IMG/VR virus record: IMGVR_UViG_3300049005_000023
Coordinates: 1-55,510 of that record
DNA: 55,510 nucleotides
Reading direction: 5' to 3' (one strand)
Source of the DNA: a virus
Taxonomy: Duplodnaviria > Caudoviricetes
How positions within the stretch are numbered: the stretch's first letter is position 1; each line of letters opens with the position of its first letter. Made by a program: the position numbers and the translations under genes. Under the pieces are notes generated by a model, which saw only the letters and a list, made by a program, of their open reading frames with translations, did not search any database and was not told the DNA's origin. Positions 1 through 7,625 of the stretch are shown here, piece after piece.

Positions 1-127
1 GGCGCCCGCCAAGGAACGCCCGAGAGTTGACGGGGTCGCGCACCCAACCGTGAAGCCGCTCGAGCTGATGCGCTGGCTCGTACGTCTTGTTACACCACCC
101 GGCGGTGTGGTGCTGGAGCCTTTCGCC
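1..127. repeat. 127-bp terminal direct repeat identical to 55384-55510 (circular assembly overlap)
   Basis: Exact identity of 1-127 with 55384-55510; the MTase ORF reads in frame across the junction. Confidence 0.97.
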
Positions 128-265
128 GGCTCCGGTACGACGGTCGAGGCGGCACTGCTGGAAGGCTTCCACTGCGTCACCATCGAGCGGGAGGCGGACT
201 ACCTCCCGCTCATCTTTCAGCGAATCCAAAGAGTTACACCCGGCCTGGGTGAATCAACTGCTTGA
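2..265 (+). CDS. C-terminal part of N6-adenine/N4-cytosine DNA methyltransferase (continues from 54374)
   Basis: HPTVKP and VLEPFAGSGTT SAM-binding motifs, in frame with the DPPY-containing ORF at the window end. Confidence 0.92.
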   Translation, partial: APAKERPRVDGVAHPTVKPLELMRWLVRLVTPPGGVVLEPFAGSGTTVEAALLEGFHCVTIEREADYLPLIFQRIQRVTPGLGESTA

Positions 266-269
266 GGGC

Positions 270-299
270 TTTACAATGTCTATAGAATCTCTATAGACT
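270..299 (+). promoter_or_regulatory. Sigma70-type promoter TTTACA-N18-TAGACT containing palindromic operator GTCTATAG-aatct-CTATAGAC (278-298)
   Basis: Motif inspection; upstream of gene at 344 with GAGGAGG RBS. Confidence 0.75.
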
Positions 300-343
300 G
301 GCGGTGCGGACACGGCGCCCGCACTGACCGAGGAGGGGGTCTC

Positions 344-583
344 ATGGCGGTTATCTGGACGGTGTACAGCGGGACGTTGAGCGGTCCGGCATCACGGACA
401 ACCCAGGACCCGGCCCAGGCCTTGCAGTGGGCGCGCGGGCTCGGACCGGAAGCCTTCGTGACGAATGACCGCGGCGGCGAACGGCGATTCGTCTGGTCGC
501 CAGAGTCCGACCGGCGCTGCGTCGGCGAGCTGCACAACGCGGTCATCGACCGGGCGCTCTCGCTGTCGGCGGTCTCCGGGTGA
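344..583 (+). CDS. Hypothetical protein (79 aa)
   Basis: Strong RBS; GTGA overlap with whiB. Confidence 0.7.
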   Translation: MAVIWTVYSGTLSGPASRTTQDPAQALQWARGLGPEAFVTNDRGGERRFVWSPESDRRCVGELHNAVIDRALSLSAVSG

Positions 584-921
584 GTGCCCACCGGGAGCAC
601 CGCCGCCGCGTTCTGGCGCGGTGGGCCGACTCGCTGAACGGCGCCTGGCGCCGCCGGGCGGCCTGCAACCCGGCGACCGGCGTTGCCCCGGACCCGTCCC
701 GTATCCCGGCGTTCTTCTCGCTCGAGGATGCCGACACGGTGTTCGATCTGCAGAAGCAACGTGAGGCGGCGCTGTTCTGCAACACGGCGTGTCCCGTGCA
801 GGCCGAGTGCCTGCAGTTCGCGCTGAACGTAGACGAGGAGTACGGCGTCTGGGGTGGTACTACGGAGACTGAACGGCGCTTGCTGGCGCGGAAGGTCCGC
901 AAAGGTCGGCAGCCAGTCTAG
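580..921 (+). CDS. whiB: WhiB-family Fe-S transcription factor
   Basis: Four Cys (AAC...FC..ACPV..EC), GVWGG turn and TETERR. Confidence 0.93.
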   Translation: MSAHREHRRRVLARWADSLNGAWRRRAACNPATGVAPDPSRIPAFFSLEDADTVFDLQKQREAALFCNTACPVQAECLQFALNVDEEYGVWGGTTETERRLLARKVRKGRQPV

Positions 922-987
922 CGCCGGGCACGCGATAGGCTGTACTATAACCAGACGATGAATTTTCTATACCAAGGAGGGTGCCGC

Positions 988-1269
988 ATGGCCACCGCCA
1001 ATGACCGCCGCGACACTTCCATCCGGCCTCCGGGAAGCAAGTACCCGTGGGCGCAATGGCAGGACGGGCAGTGGTGGACCATCGAGGCGGGCAAGGATTT
1101 CGACGCCACGATCAAGGCCATGCGAGACCAGCTTCACGTTCGTGCGAAAGCGACCAGCGTCAAGGTCCGCACGCGCACGGACAAGGTCTCCAAGATCACC
1201 TTCATCTTCCAAAGGGCCGGCGAGTCCGACGCCGCTTTCGAGAAGCGTTACATCAAAACTTCCAGCTGA
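988..1269 (+). CDS. Hypothetical small basic protein (KYPW motif), possibly DNA-binding
   Basis: AAGGAGG RBS before ATG 988. Confidence 0.7.
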   Translation: MATANDRRDTSIRPPGSKYPWAQWQDGQWWTIEAGKDFDATIKAMRDQLHVRAKATSVKVRTRTDKVSKITFIFQRAGESDAAFEKRYIKTSS

Positions 1270-1366
1270 GCACCACCAGACCGGCCACCCCGTTCCCGGG
1301 AAAGCCTGCCACGGCGGGCGAGTACGGCTCGGGGTGGCCGTTCCACGTACGACACCGGGAGAAGAA

Positions 1367-1804
1367 ATGCTCGAGCTCTACACCGACGGATCCGCCGGCC
1401 CGACCAACCCCGGCCCGGGCGGATGGGCGGTCACCACGCAAACCGAGATGGTCCTGACCGGCTGGTCGGCCAGTACGACGAACATCCGGATGGAAGGCAT
1501 CGCGCTGCTGGAGGCCTTCGGCTGGCTGGCCGGACGACCGGGCACCATCCACACCGACAGCCGCCTGTGGGTGGACACCATCTACCAGTGGGCGCCGCTG
1601 TGGTCCGGGCGCGGGTGGCGGAAGGCCAACGGCGAGACACCGGCCAATCTGGAGCTGGTGCAGAACCTCTTTGAGGCGTCGGTTCGCGGTGTCGCACAGG
1701 CCGTATGGGTCCGAGGCCACAACGGCAACCCAGGCAACCGCCTGGCCGACGAGTGGGCGAACAAGGCCCGTAAGCAAAGGCTCGGACGTGCCCGGGTCTA
1801 CTGA
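1367..1804 (+). CDS. rnhA: Ribonuclease HI
   Basis: YTDGS..NPGPGGW, TTNIRME, HTDS, WVRGHNG.PGN..AD motifs; ATG 1367 after ACCGGGAG. Confidence 0.95.
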   Translation: MLELYTDGSAGPTNPGPGGWAVTTQTEMVLTGWSASTTNIRMEGIALLEAFGWLAGRPGTIHTDSRLWVDTIYQWAPLWSGRGWRKANGETPANLELVQNLFEASVRGVAQAVWVRGHNGNPGNRLADEWANKARKQRLGRARVY

Positions 1805-3590
1805 TATCCGCCTGCACTGGGTGCAGACGCTGGACGACGCGTTTGCGCTCAAGAGGTGGTTAGGCGAGCGCCGCCCAGGCGGCTGGCTTGGCGTGGATAC
1901 TGAATCCGGCGGCCTCGACTGGTGGCGGGACAAGCTTCGGCTCGTTCAGTTCGGCGACCGGCATCAGGGCTGGGCGATCGAGTCGTCGGAGTGGATGGGC
2001 CTGATCAAGGAGTGTATGACGGCGTACGAAGGCCCGCAGCTGCTCTGGAACGTGAAACATGACCTGCACTTCATGGAGGTCAACGGCATCCCGACGAAAC
2101 GTTGGTGGATGCACGACGGCCGCGCGATGACACATTTGCAGGAACCGTGGCGACGCACCGGGCTGAAGCCAACCGCCACCCGCAAGCTTGGTCAGTGGGC
2201 CGGGTACGGCGAGGCGCAGCTGAAGCAGGCGATGATGGCCGGCGGCTACGGCTACCACGACATCCCCATCGAGCTGTTCTGGCAGTACTCCGCCTTCGAC
2301 ACCGTCATCACTGCGCAGACCGGTGAGGAGGTCTGGCCGGGCATTGAGCAGTCATACCGCTCGATCTACGATCTGGAGCTCGCGTCGACGTTCGTGCTGA
2401 CCGACATGGAACGCCGAGGCATCATGACGGACCGGGACTGGATGGTCCGGCATCTGGATGAGTGGACCCAAGCTCAGGACGTGATCGCGCTCCGGCTGCG
2501 AAACGACTACTGGATCGGTAACCCGGCATCGGACCGCCAAGTAGAGAAGTCGTTGCGGGATCTGGCCGGCTGGGTGCCGATCGTCTTCACGGACAAAGGC
2601 AACATCAGCCTGGAACGCGAAGTACTGCAGGGGATCGGGCATCCGATAGCCGACCTGGTGGTCGAGTGGCGCCAGCTGAAACGGCTGAGGGAGTACGCCT
2701 CCAGCCATCTGGAGCTCGCCGGTCCTGATGGGCGCCTGCACTGCAAGATCAACCCGCTGGGCACCCGCACTGGGCGCGAGTCGGCGAGCTCTCCCAATTT
2801 GCAGAACCTACCTCGCGACGACAACCGGATCCGGAACGGGTTTATTGCTTCGCCCGGTACAAAGCTTTTATTTGCCGATTATGATCAAATAGAAGGCCGA
2901 TTGTTTGCCTCTTTCAGCGGTGATGTAAATATGCTGGCAAGCATTAGATACGGAGATGAGATGACGGGCCGTGGTTACAGCGGCTACGACATGCACTCGA
3001 TGGCAGCCCGGATGATTTTCGGGATCGGGGTGGATCAGCCGGTCCCGAAAACACACCGGAACAAGGCAAAGACTGGGCAGTTCTCCAAGATCTATGGGGT
3101 CGGACTGGATAAGTTTGCCGCGCGCAACGGTATGACGCTGGATGAGGCGCGGGCCTTCTTTGCGGTGTACGAGGGGCAGTTTCCGGAGACCCGGAAATCC
3201 GGGTTCCAGTCCCGTATCACCAAGGAGCTGATCGACCGGGAGTGGGCCGAGGGTGAGGCCTACGTACTGACGGCGTACGGCCGAAAGGAGCCGTGCTACC
3301 CGAGCCAGGCGTACAAAGCCTTGAACTACAAGATTCAGGGCACCGCGGCCGACGTGCTGAAAGACCGGAAGGTTGCCCTGAGCAAGACCTGGCTGGGCGA
3401 GTGCATGCTGCTGAGCATTCACGACGAGGTGATTTTTGAAATCCCGGAAGACTCCGTAGCCGAAGCCGTACGAACAGTCCGAGAGACGATGCCGGAGCGA
3501 GACAAATTCCAGGTCCCCCTAACTGTTGGGATCGCAATCGGGGATCGGTGGGGCGAGAAGACCGACGTACCGGCATCCTATGCGGCATGA
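1788..3590 (+). CDS. polA: DNA polymerase family A (3'-5' exonuclease plus polymerase, no 5'-3' exonuclease)
   Basis: ExoI VDTES, TRTGR.S..PNLQNLP, motif A ADYDQIEGR, motif B RNKAKTGQF..IYG, IQGTAAD, motif C IHDEV. Confidence 0.96.
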   Translation: MPGSTDIRLHWVQTLDDAFALKRWLGERRPGGWLGVDTESGGLDWWRDKLRLVQFGDRHQGWAIESSEWMGLIKECMTAYEGPQLLWNVKHDLHFMEVNGIPTKRWWMHDGRAMTHLQEPWRRTGLKPTATRKLGQWAGYGEAQLKQAMMAGGYGYHDIPIELFWQYSAFDTVITAQTGEEVWPGIEQSYRSIYDLELASTFVLTDMERRGIMTDRDWMVRHLDEWTQAQDVIALRLRNDYWIGNPASDRQVEKSLRDLAGWVPIVFTDKGNISLEREVLQGIGHPIADLVVEWRQLKRLREYASSHLELAGPDGRLHCKINPLGTRTGRESASSPNLQNLPRDDNRIRNGFIASPGTKLLFADYDQIEGRLFASFSGDVNMLASIRYGDEMTGRGYSGYDMHSMAARMIFGIGVDQPVPKTHRNKAKTGQFSKIYGVGLDKFAARNGMTLDEARAFFAVYEGQFPETRKSGFQSRITKELIDREWAEGEAYVLTAYGRKEPCYPSQAYKALNYKIQGTAADVLKDRKVALSKTWLGECMLLSIHDEVIFEIPEDSVAEAVRTVRETMPERDKFQVPLTVGIAIGDRWGEKTDVPASYAA

Positions 3591-3601
3591 CATATACGTG
3601 C

Positions 3602-3632
3602 TTGACACGGTATCTATAGCATGGTTATATCG
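3602..3632 (+). promoter_or_regulatory. Promoter (perfect TTGACA -35, imperfect -10 near 3625-3633) with degenerate CTATAG-N5-TTATAT operator, driving the pentamer-repeat RNA and RAMP gene
   Basis: TTGACA at 3602-3607; same architecture as the other operator-containing promoters. Confidence 0.7.
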
Positions 3633-3639
3633 TCGTATC

Positions 3640-3706
3640 GACATGGCCGAGCTAGTCGGGCCGAGGTCAGGCATGGTACGGCGCGCCGCGTCGGGGCCAG
3701 GCGAGG
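3640..3706 (+). ncRNA. Pentamer (GGY-like + NN) repeat tract 1, putative guide RNA
   Basis: 13 in-phase units: GAC-AT GGC-CG AGC-TA GTC-GG GCC-GA GGT-CA GGC-AT GGT-AC GGC-GC GCC-GC GTC-GG GGC-CA GGC-GA, then GG. Confidence 0.8.
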
Positions 3707-3714
3707 AGAACACA

Positions 3715-3755
3715 GGACGATCGGCAAGCACCAGAGTTCGAGCCTCTGGCGTCCA
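3715..3755 (+). ncRNA. tRNA-like mini-structure (acceptor-like stem plus T-arm) between the two tracts; putative processing signal
   Basis: GGACG (3715-19)/CGTCC (3750-54) stem; CCAGAG/CTCTGG stem closing a 7-nt TTCGAGC loop. Confidence 0.6.
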
Positions 3756-3837
3756 CGCTGGTCAGGGCACGGCAAGTCGGTGTTTGGCGTTGCAAGGCCC
3801 GGCAAGTCTCCGCATAGCAGGGCTCCGCAAGGCAAGG
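3756..3837 (+). ncRNA. Pentamer (GGY-like + NN) repeat tract 2, putative guide RNA
   Basis: 16 in-phase units: CGC-TG GTC-AG GGC-AC GGC-AA GTC-GG TGT-TT GGC-GT TGC-AA GGC-CC GGC-AA GTC-TC CGC-AT AGC-AG GGC-TC CGC-AA GGC-AA, then GG. Confidence 0.82.
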
Positions 3838-3861
3838 GCACCACAACAACCGGGAGAAGTA

Positions 3862-4440
3862 ATGATCAAGTTCCGTATCGACATTCAAGGCACAGCGCCG
3901 CTACTGATGCACAGCAGCCGCTTGTCCAACCCGCTTGACCCCGCCACTAAGGCGCTGAAGAAGGTCACAGGGAAGCGCAGCAAAACCGACGAGGACCACG
4001 CCGAAGCGTCCCGCTTGGAGCATGCCGGCGGGCTCTACATCGATGCCGACCTCGGCCCATTCGTACCGGCTGAGAACATCAGCCGGAGCTTGGTGGACGG
4101 CGCGAAGCTGTCCAAGCGCGGAGTCAAGGTGACCCGTGGGCTGTTCATCGAAACAGACGTGAACGCGCTAGTTTACCGAGGACCCCGCGACGTGGAAGGG
4201 CTGTGGAAGGACGAGAATTTCCGGCACATGGCTTCGGTCAAGGTCGGCACGTCCAGAGTGATGCGCTGCCGCCCGCACTTCAAGGATTGGCAGGTCTCGG
4301 CAGACGGCCTGCTCGACGCCAACATCCTGGATCTGGACGAGCTGTCGGACATCGCGACCACTGCCGGTCAGGTCATCGGGCTCGGTGACTGGCGTCCGCG
4401 CTTCGGCCGCTATACCGCAACGATCACCGAGCTGAAGTAA
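3862..4440 (+). CDS. Stand-alone Cas7/RAMP-like RNA-binding protein (192 aa)
   Basis: N-terminal strand IDIQGTAPLLMH, P..NI..SL helix, V.R.RP.F..W hairpin and C-terminal glycine loop AG..IGLGDWRPRFGRY typical of RAMPs; ACCGGGAG RBS. Confidence 0.78.
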   Translation: MIKFRIDIQGTAPLLMHSSRLSNPLDPATKALKKVTGKRSKTDEDHAEASRLEHAGGLYIDADLGPFVPAENISRSLVDGAKLSKRGVKVTRGLFIETDVNALVYRGPRDVEGLWKDENFRHMASVKVGTSRVMRCRPHFKDWQVSADGLLDANILDLDELSDIATTAGQVIGLGDWRPRFGRYTATITELK

Positions 4441-4988
4441 TGGCACCGTTCGAACCGATCGGTCCTACGGCACGCTGGAAAACCGTTTACGAAGAGGTTC
4501 TGATCAAGAAGCGCCGGGATCAGATCGCCACGTATGAAGAGATCGGCGAGGTTCTAGGGCTGCACCCGGAAGATGCGCGGCATACCATTCAGATGGTCGT
4601 ACGCCGGGCAGCCAAAGAGCTACTGCTGCGCAACGATACTGCGTTGGAGGCAATCAACAACGTCGGGTATCGGCTGGTCATGCCGGACGAGCACACCGGC
4701 CTTGCACGTCGGCAGCAGAGACGTTCCAGCCGGGCACTGCAGCAGGGACACCAGCAAGTCACGCACGTCGACTTCACCAAGATGGATCCTGAAGCCCGCA
4801 AGGCAATAGAGACAATGGCGAACGCCTTTGCGATGCAGATGGAGTTTAACCGTCGTCTGGACGTTCGGCAGCAAAACCTGAAGAAGGCGTTGAACTCGGT
4901 GGTCAAACGGCAGGATCGCACGGAGGAAGAAACCCGACAGCGCCTCGAAGATCTAGAGCGGAAGATCCGCGAGTTGGGCGACAACTAA
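4440..4988 (+). CDS. Winged-HTH plus coiled-coil protein, translationally coupled to the RAMP gene
   Basis: TYEEIGEVLG helix, NNVGYRLV wing, C-terminal heptads; TAATG overlap. Confidence 0.65.
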   Translation: MAPFEPIGPTARWKTVYEEVLIKKRRDQIATYEEIGEVLGLHPEDARHTIQMVVRRAAKELLLRNDTALEAINNVGYRLVMPDEHTGLARRQQRRSSRALQQGHQQVTHVDFTKMDPEARKAIETMANAFAMQMEFNRRLDVRQQNLKKALNSVVKRQDRTEEETRQRLEDLERKIRELGDN

Positions 4989-5458
4989 TGCGCCTTTTTG
5001 TCCTGGACCCCGGCAAAGCCTCCGGCTGGTTCTGCGTTGACTTCACCGTCGGCGGCTGGACCGGCGGGGAGCTCCCGCATGAGCAGATGCTGGACTGGCT
5101 GGACCCTCGGCACGGCAACGACTCGCCGCTGACCCTGTGGCGTCTGGACCGTGTGGTCACGGAGGCTTTCCGCATCGGCCCGCAGACCTACCAGAACGTC
5201 TCGTCCGACGCCGAGGCCTGGTCCATCAAGCAGATCGGCGCCGTCGAGATGTGGTGCCGCCGTTTGCAGTTGCCTATGGACCGCCAGATGCCGTCAGCGA
5301 TGAAGTACGACGAGGACGGCAGCAAGCTGAAGAAACTGGATTGGTGGCCCGCGATGCCCGGCGTGAAAGGCGAGAAGGGTCACCGCCGCGCCGCGGCGAA
5401 GCACGCGCTGAAGTGGGGCGTCGACCACCGCTTCATCGACCCGGGGGTGTTCCTGTGA
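4988..5458 (+). CDS. RuvC-like Holliday junction resolvase
   Basis: N-terminal FVLDPGKASG, VVTEAF; size and context fit actinophage RuvC-like proteins. Confidence 0.7.
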   Translation: MRLFVLDPGKASGWFCVDFTVGGWTGGELPHEQMLDWLDPRHGNDSPLTLWRLDRVVTEAFRIGPQTYQNVSSDAEAWSIKQIGAVEMWCRRLQLPMDRQMPSAMKYDEDGSKLKKLDWWPAMPGVKGEKGHRRAAAKHALKWGVDHRFIDPGVFL

Positions 5459-7443
5459 TCGCCGACTACGATCCTGCCAGCAACCACTTCATCCTGCACA
5501 CCAGCCTCACCGAGAAAGACCTGGCACGCCAGGTCCCCGGCGCATCCTGGCAGGAGCGGATGCCGAACACCTACACCGGTCAGCCCGGTACCTGGGTGGT
5601 CACCGCGAGCTGGCCGGCGTACTGCGCGATCAACGGGATCTTCAAGCACACCCTCACCCCCTCGGAAAGCTACCGCGAATGGGCAGAGACGTCCTGGAAA
5701 ACCCTCTACGAGCCGCTGACGCTGACACGGTTCAGCACCGACGCGAACATCGGCCCGGGTCCGATTGCCGCGCGGCTGTGGCCGTTGCAGCGCGTCGCCG
5801 TGCAGACGATGGTGTGGGCGGAGAAGTACCTGGTCCTGGACGACATGGGCGGGGGGAAGACGGCCACCACCCTCGCGGCGCTGAAGCTGGCCGCCGCGGT
5901 GCACGGTGAGGCCGCGGTGTTCCCGGCGATCATCGTCTGCCCGAACAAGGTCCGCCGGTCGTGGAAGAAGATCGCCCATGAGGATCTCGGCGACGGCAAG
6001 GGCCCGCTGTGGCCCGAGCTCCGGCTGGAGGCCATGCCGAAGGGCAAGGCCGCACAGCGCAAGGTGCTGGAGCGGTTCCTGCGGAAAGAGCACGATCCCG
6101 AAGGCGGCAACTGTGCTCCCGAGATCTGCGGCGGGACACGCTACGACCCGTGCGGGCGAGCGTGGCCTGAAGGCGACCCGGACACCTGGCCCCAAGTGCT
6201 CGTTATCAACTGGGAGGCGCTGCGCCTGCTGTCCCGGGTGGAGAAGTTCGGGCAGATCGAGCTCGCCGAGAAGGACCGCACCCCCGGCCCGCTGAACGAG
6301 ATCCCGTGGCGGACCTTCGCCGCCGACGAGGTGCACCGGGCGAAGAACCGTACCGCGCTGCAGACCCGCGCGCTGAAGGCGATCGCGAACGGTACGCCGT
6401 CCGTCGGCACCGGACCCTGCCGGTTCCGATGGGGGCTCACCGGCACTCTCGTATCCGAAGATGCTGCCGAGGCCTGGAGCATCTGGAACCTGATCGACCC
6501 TGGCGCGCACCCGGCGTACACCCGGTTTGTGGACCGGTACGCCACACAGCTCTACAACGGCTGGGGTGGGATGGAGATCGGCGGCCTGAAGCCGGAGACC
6601 GCGGAGGAGTACCACGCCGCGCACCTGCCCTTCAGCATCCGCAGGCTGCGTGAGCAGTTCGACCCGTTCAAACCGAGGCGGGTGCACCAGACGCTGACTG
6701 TCCCGATGGAGACCAAGCAGGCCAAGGCGTACCACGAGCTCCGTAAGAACATGGCTGCTGCGCTGGACGGCGGCACGCTGACCGCGACCGAGAACATGCA
6801 CAAGTCCAACCGGCTCTTCCAGCTTGCGCAGGCATGGGGCGAGATGGTCGACAAGGGCCGGCGCGACCCGATCAGCGGCGAGCCGATCCTGGACCTGTTG
6901 CTGAAGGCACCTTCCAACAAGGTCAGCGCGATGCTGGAGATCATCGAGGACTTCGGCATCTCTTCGCGGCCGGGTCCGGGCAACGGCCGGGCGATCGTCT
7001 TCGGCGCGCAGTCCCGCCAGCTGATCGGCCTGTGCGAAGACGCGCTGAACAAGGCAAAAATCCCATACAGCCTGATTGCCGGCGGGATGTCAGACAGCGC
7101 ACAAGACCTGCAGGAACGCCGTTTCGAGACGGGGCAGACCCGGGTATGCCTGTGCGTGGTCTCGGCTGCGAAGGAAGGCCTGAACAGCCTGGTGCGCGCG
7201 GACACGCTGGTCTTCCTGCAGAAGTCCGACAGCAACAACGACAATGAGCAGTTCCGAGGCCGTATCGACCGGCCGGGGCAGACTGCGAAATCGGTGACCT
7301 TCATTGACGTGGTCTCGGAGGGGACGCTGGAGGAGTTCGTGCAGAAGGAACGGCTGGAAGAGAAAGCCGCAACCCTGCAGCAGTTCCTGCAGGACGCCCG
7401 GGTGCTGCAAGAGATGCTCCGGTTCCCAGGGACGTCGGGGTGA
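5455..7443 (+). CDS. SNF2-family helicase
   Basis: DDMGGGKT, ADEVHRAKN, GLTGT, EGLN, QFRGRIDRPGQ. Confidence 0.93.
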   Translation: MIADYDPASNHFILHTSLTEKDLARQVPGASWQERMPNTYTGQPGTWVVTASWPAYCAINGIFKHTLTPSESYREWAETSWKTLYEPLTLTRFSTDANIGPGPIAARLWPLQRVAVQTMVWAEKYLVLDDMGGGKTATTLAALKLAAAVHGEAAVFPAIIVCPNKVRRSWKKIAHEDLGDGKGPLWPELRLEAMPKGKAAQRKVLERFLRKEHDPEGGNCAPEICGGTRYDPCGRAWPEGDPDTWPQVLVINWEALRLLSRVEKFGQIELAEKDRTPGPLNEIPWRTFAADEVHRAKNRTALQTRALKAIANGTPSVGTGPCRFRWGLTGTLVSEDAAEAWSIWNLIDPGAHPAYTRFVDRYATQLYNGWGGMEIGGLKPETAEEYHAAHLPFSIRRLREQFDPFKPRRVHQTLTVPMETKQAKAYHELRKNMAAALDGGTLTATENMHKSNRLFQLAQAWGEMVDKGRRDPISGEPILDLLLKAPSNKVSAMLEIIEDFGISSRPGPGNGRAIVFGAQSRQLIGLCEDALNKAKIPYSLIAGGMSDSAQDLQERRFETGQTRVCLCVVSAAKEGLNSLVRADTLVFLQKSDSNNDNEQFRGRIDRPGQTAKSVTFIDVVSEGTLEEFVQKERLEEKAATLQQFLQDARVLQEMLRFPGTSG

Positions 7444-7550
7444 CAGAACGTGCTCCGTACTGCGTCTGCCCGTCCCGGGCATCGAAGTACAAGCAGCTGC
7501 CCGGCTCGGTTTTCTGGGGTCTGGCCTGCTGCGGGAGACCCCTCCGGAAA

Positions 7551-7571
7551 GACTATGAAAAATCTATAGCC
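7551..7571. promoter_or_regulatory. Degenerate operator GACTATGA-aaaat-CTATAGCC
   Basis: Matches the dispersed CTATAG-N5-CTATAG motif; AT-rich island upstream of the nuclease gene. Confidence 0.6.
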
Positions 7572-7625
7572 AGTGCTACCGTTGCCCCTCCGGGGCCGGG
7601 ACGCCCCGAAACACCGGGAGAACTC

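Noticed and set aside
1-127. Biological terminal repeat
   Set aside because: It falls inside a gene and its length equals a common assembler k-mer (127); most likely a circular assembly overlap
3715-3755. tRNA gene
   Set aside because: Only 41 nt with no anticodon arm; kept as a tRNA-like element
3640-3837. Canonical CRISPR array or simple microsatellite
   Set aside because: No 25-40 bp direct repeats with spacers. Variation is concentrated in positions 4-5 of each unit and decodes to meaningful sequence, unlike slippage repeats
3526-3861. N-terminal extension of ORF 3526..4440 and overlapping ORF 3621..3938
   Set aside because: The region has 5-nt rather than 3-nt periodicity and contains a promoter; the RBS motif and the protein domain begin at ATG 3862
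7440-7625. Start of the nuclease at 7440
   Set aside because: The interval contains an operator and the ACCGGGAG RBS motif; the recognisable domain starts after 7626
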